Counted from the first letter of the whole stretch, positions 24,520 to 38,507 are shown. The stretch: 63,066 bases of DNA, filler included, from Gonapodya sp. JEL0774 (GCA_027604505.1; 26 parts of 26 records of this genome joined end to end with filler, not necessarily neighbours in it); one strand, 5' to 3'. Translations and numbers: made by a program. Notes: generated by a model from the letters alone, not told the origin.

Positions 24520-26702
24520 ATGGGGCAGATTTTCCGAAAATGGGAACACCGAGCCACATATTTCCTGGTTATCGCAATCTGCATCATCGCGCTAGTTTCT
24601 TCCCCATCGGCGGCCCAGAGCACGTGCCCTGTCTGCCAACCATGCTCGCAGTTCGCGTGCTCAGCTACGTCACCGTGCGCCAATTTCGGTTCCTGCACAG
24701 CCGGTATTTGTTCGTGCCAAGCAGGCTTTGGTGGCGCTGATTGCTCACTACCGACATGTAATTCTACCAACGTGGTGGCGGCGGCGAGAACGGCAGTGCA
24801 ATACGGTACCTCTGGGAATACCTCGACAACAAGTTGCGGATGCGAACAAGGATGGACAGGAGAGATGTGCAATGGTGATAGCTGTATGTCTGTTGCTCAT
24901 GGCTAGAAAGGCTCTCACGTCTCTCGCACTTGGCGTTCCAACTACAGTCTGCACTTCGAACATGGCCTGCAGGGTAGGCGCTACCGCCCACCCTCTTTAG
25001 CCCGCACCAATCGTTTACATTGTGTCGTGCCTAACAGGTGTACCCTGGTTACGCTGCCCCTCCCACCATCGACACCTTGGTTTGCAACACCTCCCCGTTC
25101 ATGTGGAAGTCCTCGCACTCCAGGTGCTCCGTCCAGTCCCCTTTACTAGCCACGGTCTACCCTGGGCGTGTCGCTGCGACCCTGGATAGAAACGCCAGCA
25201 GCGGGCAAGCGCTAGCGGCCGTGTGGTATGATGGAGGGGCGGCGTCGGGGTCCCTCAAGGAACAGTTTTCATGTCAACTCGGCAACTGCACACAGAAAAT
25301 AGATTTGGGTGAGAAATCTATTGTCTGCTGTTGGCTTGTGGAGTCCTGGGAGCACTTTTCTCAAGTACTATCATTATTCTTATTCAGACGGTTCGACGTT
25401 GTATACCTGTCCTACCGGCACCTGCATCTGCCTCACTTCATCTTGTTTCTGCGGCGGCTGTGCGGGCGCTGTTAATCTGGACCCTATCCTCCGCGGCATC
25501 TCCACGTCTTTCGATATGAGGTGCCCTCCGAACAGCACATCCTGCAACTTCAAGTTCTCGGCGCTGGCCGCGTTGCTGCCTCAAGGATTAGATCTGTCGG
25601 ACTGTATGTTTGGAGAGTGCGCATACCCGTTCGAGAATCCGGGGTACGTGGCGGCGGTGAGTTGTCCTGAGGAATCGTGCGATCCACCCACTCGGGCGTC
25701 CACCTCAAATCCAACCCTACCTTGCTCACCGGATTTCTTCTTGCCCATTATACACCCACGCTGCAAGTCCCGCCCTATTGATGCCTCCCAAATCGCCGGC
25801 ATTGCCCTGGGTTCAACTTTCCTCCTCCTCCTGCTCGCCCTCTTCACTCACTTAAAACTCTCTCAGCGGCAAGCCCGGTCACTCCCCCCTCCTGAGCCAG
25901 CCAAAGGTGTCTCCCTCGAATGGGTCAACGTCACGTACTCCGTACCGGACTTGAGGTCCCCCACTGGCTCCAAGACAATCCTCAATGGGTTGTCTGGAAT
26001 TGCGAATCCTGGCCAATTAACGGTGGTGATGGGCCCGTCCGGAAGTGGAAAGACCACACTGCTGGATATACTCGTGATGCGATTGCGTGGTGCGGGAACG
26101 GTAGAGGGCGACGTTAAGTGGGCTGGGAGAAACGACTTCACGCCGGAGATGGTCCGCAAGACGTGCGGGTAAGTGACACCCTGCTTTTTCTCTAACTGGC
26201 GTGCTTGGTGCTGTACGAGTACATTGTATGCTCTCAGATATGTCCATCAACAGGACTTTCTTCCTCCGTTGTTAACGGTTCGGGAAACCCTCCTCTTCGC
26301 TGCCCGCCTCCACCTCCCCGAATCCCTCCACCTCCAAGACCTTCTCGCTACAGTGAATCGCGTCTTGGCTCAGCTGAATCTTGAGCATATTGCGGAGTCG
26401 TTGATTGGGGAGCCTGGAGCCACTGAAGATTGGGGATTGGGTGGATGGGTGGGGCGGAAGCTTGGGGGTAAAGTCAAGGGAAGGGGCATTTCCGGCGGAG
26501 AGAGGAAAAGAGTAGCAGTAGGGGTGGAACTGGTTCGCGGCCCAGGTGTCCTGGTATTGGATGGTGAGTGCGACGAAGGGCGTCGAGCATACGGCGAGGA
26601 CTTTTGAAATTGATGAAACTTCATCCGCATGTGATTGATTTACATAATTGAACACGATAAATGATAGAACCGACAACTGGGCTGGATAGGTGAGTAGCAT
26701 TC
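24520..26702 (+). CDS. ADP1: ABCG half-transporter with N-terminal EGF-like Cys-rich ectodomain (yeast ADP1-like); 3' truncated
   Basis: Signal peptide, CSCQAGFGGADC and CEQGWTGEMC, TM helix, Walker A GPSGSGKTT, signature ISGGERKRV and Walker B VLVLD-EPTTGLD across an intron. Confidence 0.88.
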
Positions 26703-26802
26703 NNNNNNNNNNNNNNNNNNNNNNNNNNNNNNNNNNNNNNNNNNNNTTAATTAATTAANNNNNNNNNNNNNNNNNNNNNNNNNNNNNNNNNNNNNNNNNN
26801 NN

Positions 26803-29133
26803 AATCGAAGATCAGGTTATGCTCCAGGAATCCAGTGGAAGCTTAGAAAGGGTCGCTGATGTTGTGCTCGATCAACAAGACAGCGACAATGGTTCTGGAA
26901 GCTCTGTCTATATTGACCAAGAAACTCAGCAATTCAAGGGACTTTCCGAGCGCGCGGATGGACATGCAGAGAGTGCGCAAGTACATGGCGACAGAATACT
27001 TGGAAATGTGCAAGGTCGGGATGAAGCTGAATGCACTGCGAGCAGTGAACTATTCGTGGATCAACCTTCGAGCAACTCTTCTCCGCGCGAATCATCAGCG
27101 TTTCTCATTGACTCTCGCGATGGCGATCTCGAGGACGGTACCGAGCAACTTTCATCTCGGGTGCCAATCGAACGTTATGCCTCGCATCCTGACTTACAAG
27201 CAACCACATCCAACTCTCTCGCATCGTTGGAGTCGACAACGGGACCGCATGTAACTGCGAACGCAGCTCAGGAGGACACTGGCATGTACTCGTTTCCAGT
27301 AATCTCCCTATCCGTTACCTTGGCAGCGGACGATGAGGACGAGATTTCAATATCGAATGAGCTGCTTAATGAGGAGCAAGAGTCATTGGAACAAGAAAGA
27401 TTGGAAATGGAGAGGCGGATGAGGTACGTTTGTGGGGCAACTGCTCAAACGGTACCCATTCACTTTGACACACATGAACGTACCACGCTCCGAAACTCCT
27501 GGTAGTGTATTAGAAGAGTCCACAGTTGAAGGGACCCAAGAACTTGAGAGGCTGCGAGCCATTGCGGGAGCCGGCCTGCTGGACCACGAGGATATTACAG
27601 CCACAATGAAAGCGCCACCAGGTGGCGGGGACATAGATCCAATGGGGACTCTTAAAGCTGATGATCCACTGGAGCCACCTGATCATGAGACTAAGGATCT
27701 GTTCATCACCAGCAAAGATAGGACCGATCCGCTTGACTCCGAGGAGACCTCTGCGAGCGTCCCAAACTCAGAAGCAATTTCCGTAAATGTTCCTAGTCCC
27801 AAGAGGGCAGTAAGGGAATCATTGCAACTGAGCTCTCGTCCACCCGTATCAAGTGGCAAATCACGCCAACCACGAGCTCCCTCCAAAGCGCGCACAACGC
27901 CACCAAGCTATCGCCGTGCATCATCTACCTTTACGTTGGAATCCCCAAATTTCTTGAAAGTAGAGTTAGCGCCACCTTCCCCCAATCTGGCTCCACTTGA
28001 TCTTCCACCTCCACATGATCCGACGACGACGGATGATAGGGAGCGTTCCCCACCTTCCCCAGACTCTGCCGAGCTAGCTCTGTTGACATCTATGGAACAC
28101 GAATTGTCCTCTTTGAAATCCGCAATTGTCACTCAACGCGATGAGCACGCAGTTCTCGTGAATCGTCTAGAAACATTCAAACCTGCACGCGACGCAGCGG
28201 TACGCCAGCTACGGGGAGTAAGAAATCAGCACCGCAATATCCAAGATCGCGTTCGAAAGCTTGCGGCGTACCTTATTGACGAACTTCCGCTGCAATTGGA
28301 ATCCGAACGCGCTAGAGCAAACCAAAACCGGGAGAAGGTGCTCCTTGCGATTCGAGAAGCGGAGCATGCACCTCCACCGGATATAGGGACCGACGAGGAA
28401 TGGAAACGTAAAATTCAGCCGCTGAGGGATAACCTTGTCCGAGTGAAAGCGGAACAGGAACACTGGCAGAAATCTCAAGATGCCGTTCGTACGGAACTTG
28501 AGGTGGTCGAAAATGATGTGAACGTAGAAAAAGAAAGGTACAAGGTGCTACGAGCGGATGCTGAGGTTCTCTTGCAAGCACGCCAGCAGCGGGAGCAGGC
28601 TCAAAAGGACTACGAGGCATCCCTCTTCACAGAAAACTTCACAGAATTAAAATATCTTCGACCTCAAGGCGAGAGACCTGACTTCGCTATCGCTGAGATG
28701 GAGACCTTTGTCGCGGCAGGGAAAAATTTGTCCAAGGTGAGAGTCATTCGCATGTTCTGTCAAGGGTGTAGAAACAATCATAGAAAGTGCCATTGGAATT
28801 GCTTAGGTCCCAGATTTTGCTCAAGCATTGAATGTTCACCACGTTAGTCTGGAAAATAACGCTATCAGCAATCTAAAAGGTTTGGAGAGGTTGAATATTC
28901 TCAAGACTCTAAACATCAAGGTGAACTGGGCCCCCTAAAGAAGATAGCAAGGACTACATACTAACGATGTTTAACAACATAGAACAACGAGGTCAAGACG
29001 GTAGATCTACAGCAGTTTCGGATGCTCAAGACTTTCGTTGCTCCGGCCAATAACATAAGTCAGATCTCGGTGAGGATGCCGCACTCAACACCATCTTTTC
29101 CGATTTGAACCATTGTATTGCAAACATTTCGGT
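26803..29133 (+). CDS. Large protein fragment: acidic disordered region, coiled coil, then SDS22-like LRRs
   Basis: ORFs 26819..27505 and 27432..28847 are joined by an intron. Later exons read SLENNAISNLKGLERLNILKTLNIK, NNEVKTVDL and ANNISQI. Confidence 0.65.
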
Positions 29134-29737
29134 NNNNNNNNNNNNNNNNNNNNNNNNNNNNNNNNNNNNNNNNNNNNTTAATTAATTAANNNNNNNNNNN
29201 NNNNNNNNNNNNNNNNNNNNNNNNNNNNNNNNNCAACGCCTTCCCCCTGAGATGGCACGCTCATTCCCGTGATTTCTAAAAGAGCTTGGAAAAAGCTCCC
29301 TTTTGCTTGGTCTCCATAGTCCGCACTCTAGTGTCCCTCAGAGCGGCGATTGTGACAGGCACGTGATCGCGCATGTTCCATTCCCTTCACGGCCAATTCA
29401 TTGTGGAAGCTTGATAACATACCTGCAGAGAAAAGCGGAACTTTTGCGAAACGAAAGGACAGTCGGTTTTCCTATGGACGGTGTGAAGCAAGTGGCGCTT
29501 TCCATTCGAAGGAGGCACCTTGCACGCGTAATTTGACCAAAGTAAATGAATGGGATACCTCTGATAATTTACTCTTCAAGAAATGCGCAGTGATACATCT
29601 GCGAATGGAATAAATGATCGCGTCCCTATTCCTGGTCCCGTGCCGGTAGATGTGGAGAATATTCACAGAGTGGATTACAACGGGGAAAGTACGTCATCCT
29701 TTCGTAAATTTCGTACTGCCGATACACTTATAGCACA

Positions 29738-30867
29738 TTGGGAGATTCTTCAGATGCCGAAATTTCCACGACTGAAATACGGCGGCGAGACCTCCTTCTC
29801 CTTTCATATGCTGCTCTTCCGATCCTCGCTTCCGTCGTGTGGTCCGGGACAATCGTCGCAATGTTGCTCCTCTGGGCAGCTAGAGATGGTGCAATACAAT
29901 ACCAGGCTGGAAACGCGACTATACTTTACGTTAGCGACGTTGGTACGTGCTGGATCTATCCGCTGAGTGCGCAATTTTGTGCTCCAACGTCTCCATTTTC
30001 AAAATATCCCACCACCCGCTGCACAATGAAGGCGCCCAGTACAATCCTCTATTTATATCAGGTGCCACTGTGGCGGTCATTTTCTTCCTCCTCACTATCA
30101 CATTCGATCGCCAGCTCCGGCGGACCGGTTTCCTCCCACCGCCGCTTCGCAAACGGGAGTGGTGGTTCGGTACTATGTCCATCTTTTTCGCCATTGCGGG
30201 ATCAACTTGTCTCATTCTTTTGACAATTTTCGACGACGTGAACTATGATAGGGCTCATTGGGGCCTCACCTTGTGCTTCATGGTGTTTATCGCGTTGAGT
30301 GCGGTCGCAGGAGCCCTGGAAGTGTGGTGGCTCCGAAAAGACTACGAGAGAATGGCGCGACCTCGGAAACACTTGAAATCAAGCCAAAAGATCAAGCTCT
30401 GGGTGGTGGCTGGGGCGATAGGTGGGGTGTCGTGCTATGCGTTTCCAGGCTCATTGTCTCCAATAACTCTCTTCCTAGTGCTGACCGTCGCCATGGGGAT
30501 CCTCATGGGATCCTGCGAGGGTGGTGGATCTGAGTGTTCTCCAACCAGATCGGCCGCAGCTGTCTGCGAGTGGCTCATCGCCTTCCCGTTCGTCGCCGCA
30601 TACTTCGCCAGCTTCCTGGCCGACTCGTGGCCAGCTGTAACGAGCGTCAAGAGATCTCGGAGACTCGCCGATCAAGGACATCACGGTGTCATGGTCGAAA
30701 ATGGAAGGGTTCCGGGGTACATTTTGGACAGGACTTTGGCGCAGACCAGAAGAGGTCCTGGCGGGGTGGTGGGAATGAAGAACGGCCGTGTGGTCGGAGT
30801 GTCAACAGAGGAAGGAAACCTGAACGGAAGCGCGTATGGTGGCCAAAATGCTGCAAGCTCAGCTTGA
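29738..30867 (+). CDS. Frag1/DRAM/Sfk1 family multi-pass membrane protein
   Basis: LPILASVVWSGTIVAMLLLW..ILYVSDVG, PLFISG, LILLTIFD..AHW and SAAAVCEWLIAF. About 6 TM helices; start exon uncertain. Confidence 0.85.
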
Positions 30868-30955
30868 GCGGACAAGAGTCCGAAAATCCCACTGCACGCC
30901 GCACAACTCGATACGCATTCTTTGTGGTATTGTAGATCCACAGAAATAGAACGAT

Positions 30956-31564
30956 CTATAGTTTCCCATCGGATACACCCAAGAATGGCGGCACGTATTT
31001 CAGCGTCTGTTCCGGGTTTTCCTCGGGAATGTAGTGCCCGGCGTCCACTCCGAAACCCGAAACCTTCACCGACGCATCACAGTAGGATTTCCACACGGCT
31101 ACAGGATCGTACCTGTTGGCATACGAAGATTAATTCAATTGTGCATGTGCTTCGAGAATCGACGTATATCAGTAGTTACACACTCACCATGAACCGACCC
31201 TGGCCTTCTTCCCCCACAACACCAAGACATCACATTGCACCCTCCGCCCCGCCGCCCTACTCGCCCTATCATGCTGCAGATCGATAGTCGCGGCCGCTCG
31301 GTAATCTTCACACATGCCGCGGATGTTGTCTTCCCGGCAGAACGTGGACGTGTAGTCTGCGACGGCGGTGGGGTCAAAGAACGGAGGGAGCGCGGGGAGT
31401 GTGGGACGCTCGGTAGCAGTGGAGAACTTCTTGGACCATGCGACGTGGCTGAAGGGGTGGAAAGTCAAGGAAAGCGCGGGAAGGCCGGAACTCTTAATAT
31501 GCATAGAGAACCCACTCGCGCCACCACAACAACCCGTTCTGGCCTGCCAGTATGAGTTTTTCCA
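30956..31564 (-). CDS. Alpha/beta hydrolase, haloacetate (fluoroacetate) dehalogenase-like, C-terminal part
   Basis: IRGMCEDYRAAATIDLQHD, VLVLWG and final exon AVWKSY..DAGHYIPEENPE. TAG at 30958-30956. Confidence 0.82.
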
Positions 31565-31664
31565 NNNNNNNNNNNNNNNNNNNNNNNNNNNNNNNNNNNN
31601 NNNNNNNNTTAATTAATTAANNNNNNNNNNNNNNNNNNNNNNNNNNNNNNNNNNNNNNNNNNNN

Positions 31665-33995
31665 CAATATGTAAAATGTGTGGAGTTACAAATTCAAAGG
31701 TTCGCCCAACCCAACCCATATCAGCACATTCACTATTGGTCATCATGGAAGGATTTTTTAACACTTCTGACACTTCTATCAACAATATTGATATCTAATA
31801 TGTTGGTTTAGTCAAGAAAATTGGGACTTAAAAGTGTTTCAAGTACAGAGTTACAAGTTCAAAATTTTGGGCCATATCACCAGTTTGGGCCCAAAAACCC
31901 CTCCTTTCACAGGGGTAACAGTACTTCTCCCCTCACAAAAAACATTCTACTACATATTGGGAGTGGGTTGGGAGAGTTTGAGGCAGTTTGGAGGGGGTCA
32001 CAGAATCGATTCACATTCACACACCCCTAGTAGTATATTTGGGAGGTTACATATTTTTCTAAGTTACAGTATATTGTATGTGCTTGTATGTCTTCAGAGC
32101 ACAATTATAGAATTCTGTGTTGCATTTATTCTAGCTGCACATTCCTTGGCGGCCAGTCCAACATGGAAATCAGTTCACAAAATTTCTTGCAACCCAAAAA
32201 GTACAAGAAAACCTGAGAATCACTCAGATGACCACAAAAATTAGGCCATCATCAATGATACTGTAATGGCTCTCTATTTCACAACCATTTTCAGGTTTCC
32301 TCTTGGCCTGGCCCAGTCACAGTTTCTGTACTTTTCTGCGCACAAAGCAAATGCCTCCACCGATACTCCACACTATTTTTTCGTTCAGGTTAATGCCTTG
32401 GGTATCAATGGACCATTGATTGCAGGTAACCTTTGGTGAGCAGAGGCAAGGATTGGCACTGGAAGCTTTTGGAGTGCTTTTAGGAAGGATAATTGTGAGT
32501 TCACTCTTCTCCAGCACTGTTTCTCCGATGTAATCTTGTGATTGTTGGCTTGAGGTGTGCTGTCTCAAAGATGTGGCACAGGAATTGCAAGTGGAACAAG
32601 GACCAGAAAAAAAACAACTAGAGGAAATCATCTCAAGTGCCATAAGTATAGTATAGTAATTAAGATATCTGCAATAGAATGAAATCTAAAGTGTAGATGA
32701 TGGGGAGGTTGTTGTAGAAAGAAATCATATGTCTGCGTAAGAAAATCTGTTGGTGGATATCTGTGTGGGGTTTGAACAAAAGTGCTACACACAAGGAAAC
32801 TTAAACTGCACAACCTCCATATTCTCAAATGTGTGTGTGACTGCCACCAAATTAAGAGCACGTACAGTCAACAGGCTCATAGTGGTTAGAGATGAGAATA
32901 CTGGACTGTGGACTCAAAGAAGAATTACTCAATTCCTTTGCAGGATTATTGGTTCTGGAAGGAGTAGTGTCAATCTCCTCACCGTCACTGCATGCACAAT
33001 GATGAATGTTTGCAAACATGAGAACAGGAGAGGGCTAATGGACTTCTTTCAGGATTACCTTCCAGTACTTGCTGAGGCAAAACTCCTCTCTCTACAAATT
33101 TTGCTTCATGTGGAGACGTAGTTTTTCAGAAGGGAGCATGTAAACAGAACTCAATATTTGCAAGATAATGATGGATCAATCTATAAAAGTAGACTAAGAA
33201 AAGTACCATTATGTAGTGATCAATGACAAATGAAGGAACCTAGTGTGAGGATTTGCATTTTGTGCGAGGCTAGGTCACATTAAGAAGAGTTTCACATTAG
33301 CAATCTTTACTCTTGCAGTCAGTGGTTTTGATGTTCTACTTAGTATTCAAACTGAAATCTTTTAAGCATAACACCTTGCAAATATTAGTTCTTCAATCAA
33401 GGTGAAGATTCCAGTTCTTTGACTCTCCTTGCTGGGAAGCTATCCAAATGAGATTTTAGGGAACATCAAGGAGATTTATCAGTGTGATTGGTAGAGAGAT
33501 TGGTCAATGGCACGGAAGAGGGCAGAGGCTCCCATGGACAATGAGTGGGAGCAGATAGCCCTTGAGGATTCAGTAACATACCACTCCAAGCCTGATGTAA
33601 TTCAGAGCATCAGTCAGTCAGTCAATATTCCATGTCCACCTGAGTGCCTGCTCCAGCAATGACAATAGGACAAACAGCGTCAGACTATCCCAGTGTAAAG
33701 GGGCTGACACTGGAGATGTTGAATGGAGTCAAACTGAAGAAGTGGGCCAGTGCCCTGTCTTGTAATAGCTAGTGACTGTACATACATAGGATGTTGGGGC
33801 CTCATAGTGATGCTGGCGGCCATAACAATACCACAACACCAGCATTTTGCGTTAAGAGATGATTTTTGCACTGTAGTCCTATTGTTGAAGCTCATTAGCA
33901 AATTGACAAGAGTGTGGACAGATGACTGAAGAATAGTTAAATCAAGAGCCACTGCTCATCCAATTGTTTAATTACTCCTAACAATTTGTGTGTTC
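31665..33995 (+). pseudogene. AT-shifted, CpG-depleted relic of a transposon or pseudogene, family unknown
   Basis: Only about 16 CG dinucleotides in 2.3 kb by eye. Short protein-like stretches are broken by stops. Confidence 0.45.
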
Positions 33996-34095
33996 NNNNN
34001 NNNNNNNNNNNNNNNNNNNNNNNNNNNNNNNNNNNNNNNTTAATTAATTAANNNNNNNNNNNNNNNNNNNNNNNNNNNNNNNNNNNNNNNNNNNN

Positions 34096-34942
34096 CGCGA
34101 AGAGCCATGCGGACACCAAGTTTGCAGCTCTCATCGAAAAGCGTCTAGAGGCAGAGTACAGCTCAGACAGAACTGCAAGTGGCGGGCTGACATCGGTCAG
34201 CGCCGCATCTGTGGGAAGTGACGACTTGAGGGGTCAGGTGGAACGGATTGCAACCCAGATGGAGCAACTAACAACAAGATTCCTCGCAGACACAGAAAAG
34301 CTCCAGCAAAGAGTGAAAGACCTCGAAAATCGCAACGAGGAGTTGTCGCAGTTGGCCCAGATCACATCAATCACGATGGACAAGAACAACATTGGACTGT
34401 CATCGAAAGTTGAACAAGCGACTTTCCAACTCACCTCAAAGCTCAACCAGGCGTTAGTACGTGTGGCGCGTCTTGAGCAGCAGATTGCTTCCCTGCAAGG
34501 AAACCAACCGAGTACCAGCCACGCACAAAGTGCTCCTATTGATGTTAAGCGGTTGATGCACGTCGTGGCCGACTTTGCACCAGCCGACACAGACGAAATC
34601 ATGCTCAATGTCGGAAACATGGTCTTTTGTAATCTAGAGTACCAGGACGGTTGGGGCTCGGTGAGTTGGCGGCTGGTGTATAATTTGCGCACCAATCGAT
34701 GTGACAACCTTTCTTGAATTTTTCAGGGATTCAATACATCTACAGGATTCTCTGGTTTCTTTCCCATGTCGTGTGTTTCTGACACCTCAACACCGAGACC
34801 TACTCCTGTGTCCATTGGCATCCGAACAGCATCCGTGGTCACTGCCACCAGGCCGGCACCCCCAGTGCCTCTTGCGGGCATGACAATGGGAGGGCTGCCC
34901 AGCACGCGGTTTGTTGGTGATGTAAGGGGACCATTGTCATGA
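34096..34942 (+). CDS. Coiled-coil plus C-terminal SH3 protein, 3' part (paralogue A)
   Basis: VVADFAPADTDEIMLNVGN..EYQDGWGS, intron 34661-34726, then GFNTSTGFSGFFPMSCV. TGA at 34940-34942. Confidence 0.88.
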
Positions 34943-35604
34943 ACTTATATTCAAAGTGTATGGAGTATGCCTCAACACTGCGTTTGAGGACTTTTGAGAA
35001 ACTTATTATATGATGACTTGAAGTGGGAAGTCGTGGTTTGGTGAATGGACTTTTGGTCTGTAGTTTATGTCTGTATTTCTTAGTACTCCCCGTTCGCTAG
35101 CTATGAAAGAATAAGATTTGAACCACCCGGGAACTGTGCCGATCATTCGTTAAATCTTCAAATCGATCTCAGAGCCGTAGAGGAATTTGAGACGAAGATG
35201 TTCTCCCGCCAATGAGGGAGCGATTAGCAACGCAAATTTGGCATATTAGAAACTCATGCGCAACAAATCCGCGGCATCGGGCAATTGGAAAAAGTTGATT
35301 GCTGAAGCGGAATAAAACATAGCTACCTAATTCGGTGATATCCAATTGATTTCAAAAGCTGCTCATGACTAAAGCACCATCCTGAGTTTGTTCATCCCGA
35401 CACTGCCCACATACCTTTCAAAAACAACATCAGACAGGCCCACACCCCATCACTCTCACTATACTGCAAATTACGACATAAATATTTATATAGTCCCAGA
35501 ACATATCGTGAGAACTGAGACGAACGAGGAATCCCAGAACCTCACGGTCGACCCTTACAGTCCTGTCAGTTCAATCAAGACATCGATAATCACACGATTC
35601 CCAA

Positions 35605-36425
35605 TCAGTTCTGCGATGCTCTCAGTGCTATTCCAGCGACAGAAACTGGTACCGGCCTGAAGGGGTTGACGATCGAAGTGGTTCGGACACCGATAGAAAC
35701 GGGGAGCGCCCTCGGCGAAGCAGTATCAGACATACACGACATAGGAAAGAAGCCAGGAGCACCCGTGGAAGTATTGAATCCCTGAGAAATGCCAATATAG
35801 GTAATGGAAGTCACACATGTCTGCAGGAAACCAGCATGGCTGATGAAACTCACGGAGCCCCAACCATCCTGGTACTCAAGATTACAGAAGACAGTATTTC
35901 CAACTGTAAGTGAAATTTCATCGGCATCGGCAGGAACAAAGTCCGTCACGACGTGCATCAACTTCTTAACGTCAACGGGAGCAATCTGGGCGGGCCTGGT
36001 CGTCTGGGCTCCCTGCACAGCGGCAACCTGCTGCTCAAGACGAGCCACACGCAACAGTGACTGGTTGAGCTTTGCAGTCAATTGGAAAGTTGCCTGTTCC
36101 AGTTTGGCGGAGAGTTCCACGTTTATCTCGTCCGCTCTGACCAAAGCCGTCTGTGCGAGGCGCAACAACTCCGTGTTGCGATTTTCAATATCTTTTACCC
36201 TCTTTAGCAGCGATTCTGTGTCGGTGAGGTATCTTGTAGTAAGCTGTTCCATCTGGGTTGCGATTCCCTCTACCCGAACTGTCAACTGGTCAATCGTAGT
36301 GGTGGAAATGACTGTTGTCTCCGCGCTATGTCCGTTTGAGTCCGAGCCATACTCTGCCTCTAGACGTTGCTCAATAAGAGCCGCAAATTGGGTGTCGGCA
36401 AGTGTCTTCGCGGCGATGACGAGGT
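35605..36425 (-). CDS. Coiled-coil plus C-terminal SH3 protein, 3' part (paralogue B, convergent with A)
   Basis: VVTDFVPADADEISLTVGN..EYQDGWGS, intron 35853-35782, then GFNTSTGAPGFFPMSCM. Same intron position as paralogue A. Confidence 0.88.
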
Positions 36426-36799
36426 NNNNNNNNNNNNNNNNNNNNNNNNNNNNNNNNNNNNNNNNNNNNTTAATTAATTAANNNNNNNNNNNNNNNNNNN
36501 NNNNNNNNNNNNNNNNNNNNNNNNNTGACCAGAAGTGTGTAACATGAGCATGTACAATAGCGAATATGAAAGAAATGGAGTCCTCTCGCGCCCCTCTCAC
36601 CTGACCAGAAGTGTTGCCAAACGTGAGGAACTGGTCAGGTGCGGCGCCTAATACCCCTAGCAGGGTAACACAAAGCCCACGAGGCCAAACATGTCGATCC
36701 CCAGTGTGTTCTATTACATAAGTGTTTCATTACAGAAGTGTGCGAATGCGGAGTAGAAATATAACTAATGCAGTCTGTTGGCATCCAAGTATCCCAGTA

Positions 36800-38507
36800 C
36801 TAGCCCCTCTTCTTCTCTACGGACCCGTCCCTCTCCCAGAATCTTTTTGCCCAAGACGCTCCGACAATCAACGGAAACGCGACTGTCGCATCGCACCACA
36901 CTTTCACTTGTCCTCCGCCTGCCCTCACCTTACCCCAACTCACTGCCTCGTCTGTGCTCGCCCCAGCGTCACTCCCATCCATCTCCACACCCGTGTTCAC
37001 GAATACACAGTGCTCTGCCCCGTTTCGCATCATGCACGCGTTCAAGGTATGGTGCTTGGCGACTCCGCCGCCCAGTATGATTACACCCACGCGATTGGAC
37101 CATACGGAGAGATCGTTGAGTGTGCGGACATCGCGCGTGATGTCGATTGTCAGGGGAGGGGTATGTTTGAAGGAGTGGAGGTAAAGCATGTCCCCAAGAG
37201 AACCATCCGTGAGTGCGGGACAGAAGACAGGAATGTTATTCTGTTTCATCCGGGTCACATTTGGCGATGTTGCCATACCCAATAATCAGAACAGTTACAA
37301 TCTCGAAATACACTATAACGATAACAAACCTTGTATGCCCAGTAGTATATCGAATCCTCGTTGTTGATCTCTCGACCGAGTCTGTGAATAAGCTGGGACG
37401 GGGTCCATACGACACCCTTGAGATATATGGTATGAAATGGCAGGCAAATCACTGAGCGCCAGATTCACACACTCCGAGGGTAGCGTATCTCCGAACTCAC
37501 GTTCTCCTGTTGCTCCTTCCAACAACCGTCCAAGACCGACATCACCCAATCTTCGAACTTGACATAATTGTCATTTGGCACCAATAAGTTGCCGACTCTA
37601 TTCAAGCCTTTCCCTCTCAGCTGCGCGCCCTTGAGCCCGAATCCGCCCACAACCGTGTTCCCCAGACACTTGATCACATCTTCCTCGATACCTCCGGCAG
37701 TTGTGATTAAGATATCCACAAGTTGGTGCTGAGCGAGGAAGCGAATTGATTCGCGGAGACCGGAGGAGACGAGGTTAGAGGTGTAGGAGAGAATGATGGT
37801 GATTGGTGTTGTTGGTCGGTGAGATGTGGAAGGGTCGGTTTCCGTTGAAGAGCTGTTCGAAGATGGTATTGCCCCAAAACGGTGGTCAAGCTATCAAGAA
37901 CACGATTCAGATCGACGAGTCAGGTTAGTTAATGCCGCTCAGAGCAATTTGTGGACAACGACCTCGATTGGCACAATGCAGTATGGGGTCACCCCACCAA
38001 TCAGCTCCCTTGCCCCAACTCTCCATGACTCCGAACTAACCTACCGTCTTATTGATACTCTTAGCACGATCTTCTCCGTTTATCCGTGCATTCAACTGAC
38101 ACCGGCAGGATACACACTTTTGTCACTTCCAACCTTCAAAGGGCTTCAGTACCGACCATCAACTTCGGTAGGAAACTCACCATGATATTCACTTCTTCGA
38201 TCGCCCTCCCCAAATTCGTTGCCTGAAATCCCGTCGTTTGCAAGCTTCCAATCACACCTCCCCAGTCCACCCCGTTATTGAAATCATAGCCTCGCACGGT
38301 GATGGGAGTACGGGGACTGATCTCAGTAGTAGAGGAGTCCGAAGTGGGAAGGACCCCGGGTGCAGAATTTGGTGCATTCGCGACGAGAGGAATGTCCAAG
38401 TCCGCGAAATCGCCTGATGGTTTGAGGACTGACTGTAAAACAATCGTTGGCGCAGTTGATATTGATCCAGCCTCCGCGGGCGTAGATGCTGTTGGACTGG
38501 GAGTCAT
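36800..38507 (-). CDS. DYS1: Deoxyhypusine synthase
   Basis: [67 protein letters not shown] and [15 protein letters not shown]. Confidence 0.96.

Noticed and set aside
36526..36641. TGACCAGAAGTGT direct repeat and CACCTGACCAG/CTGGTCAGGTG inverted repeat
   Set aside because: Short and at a fragment edge, so there is too little to call a MITE or regulatory site.
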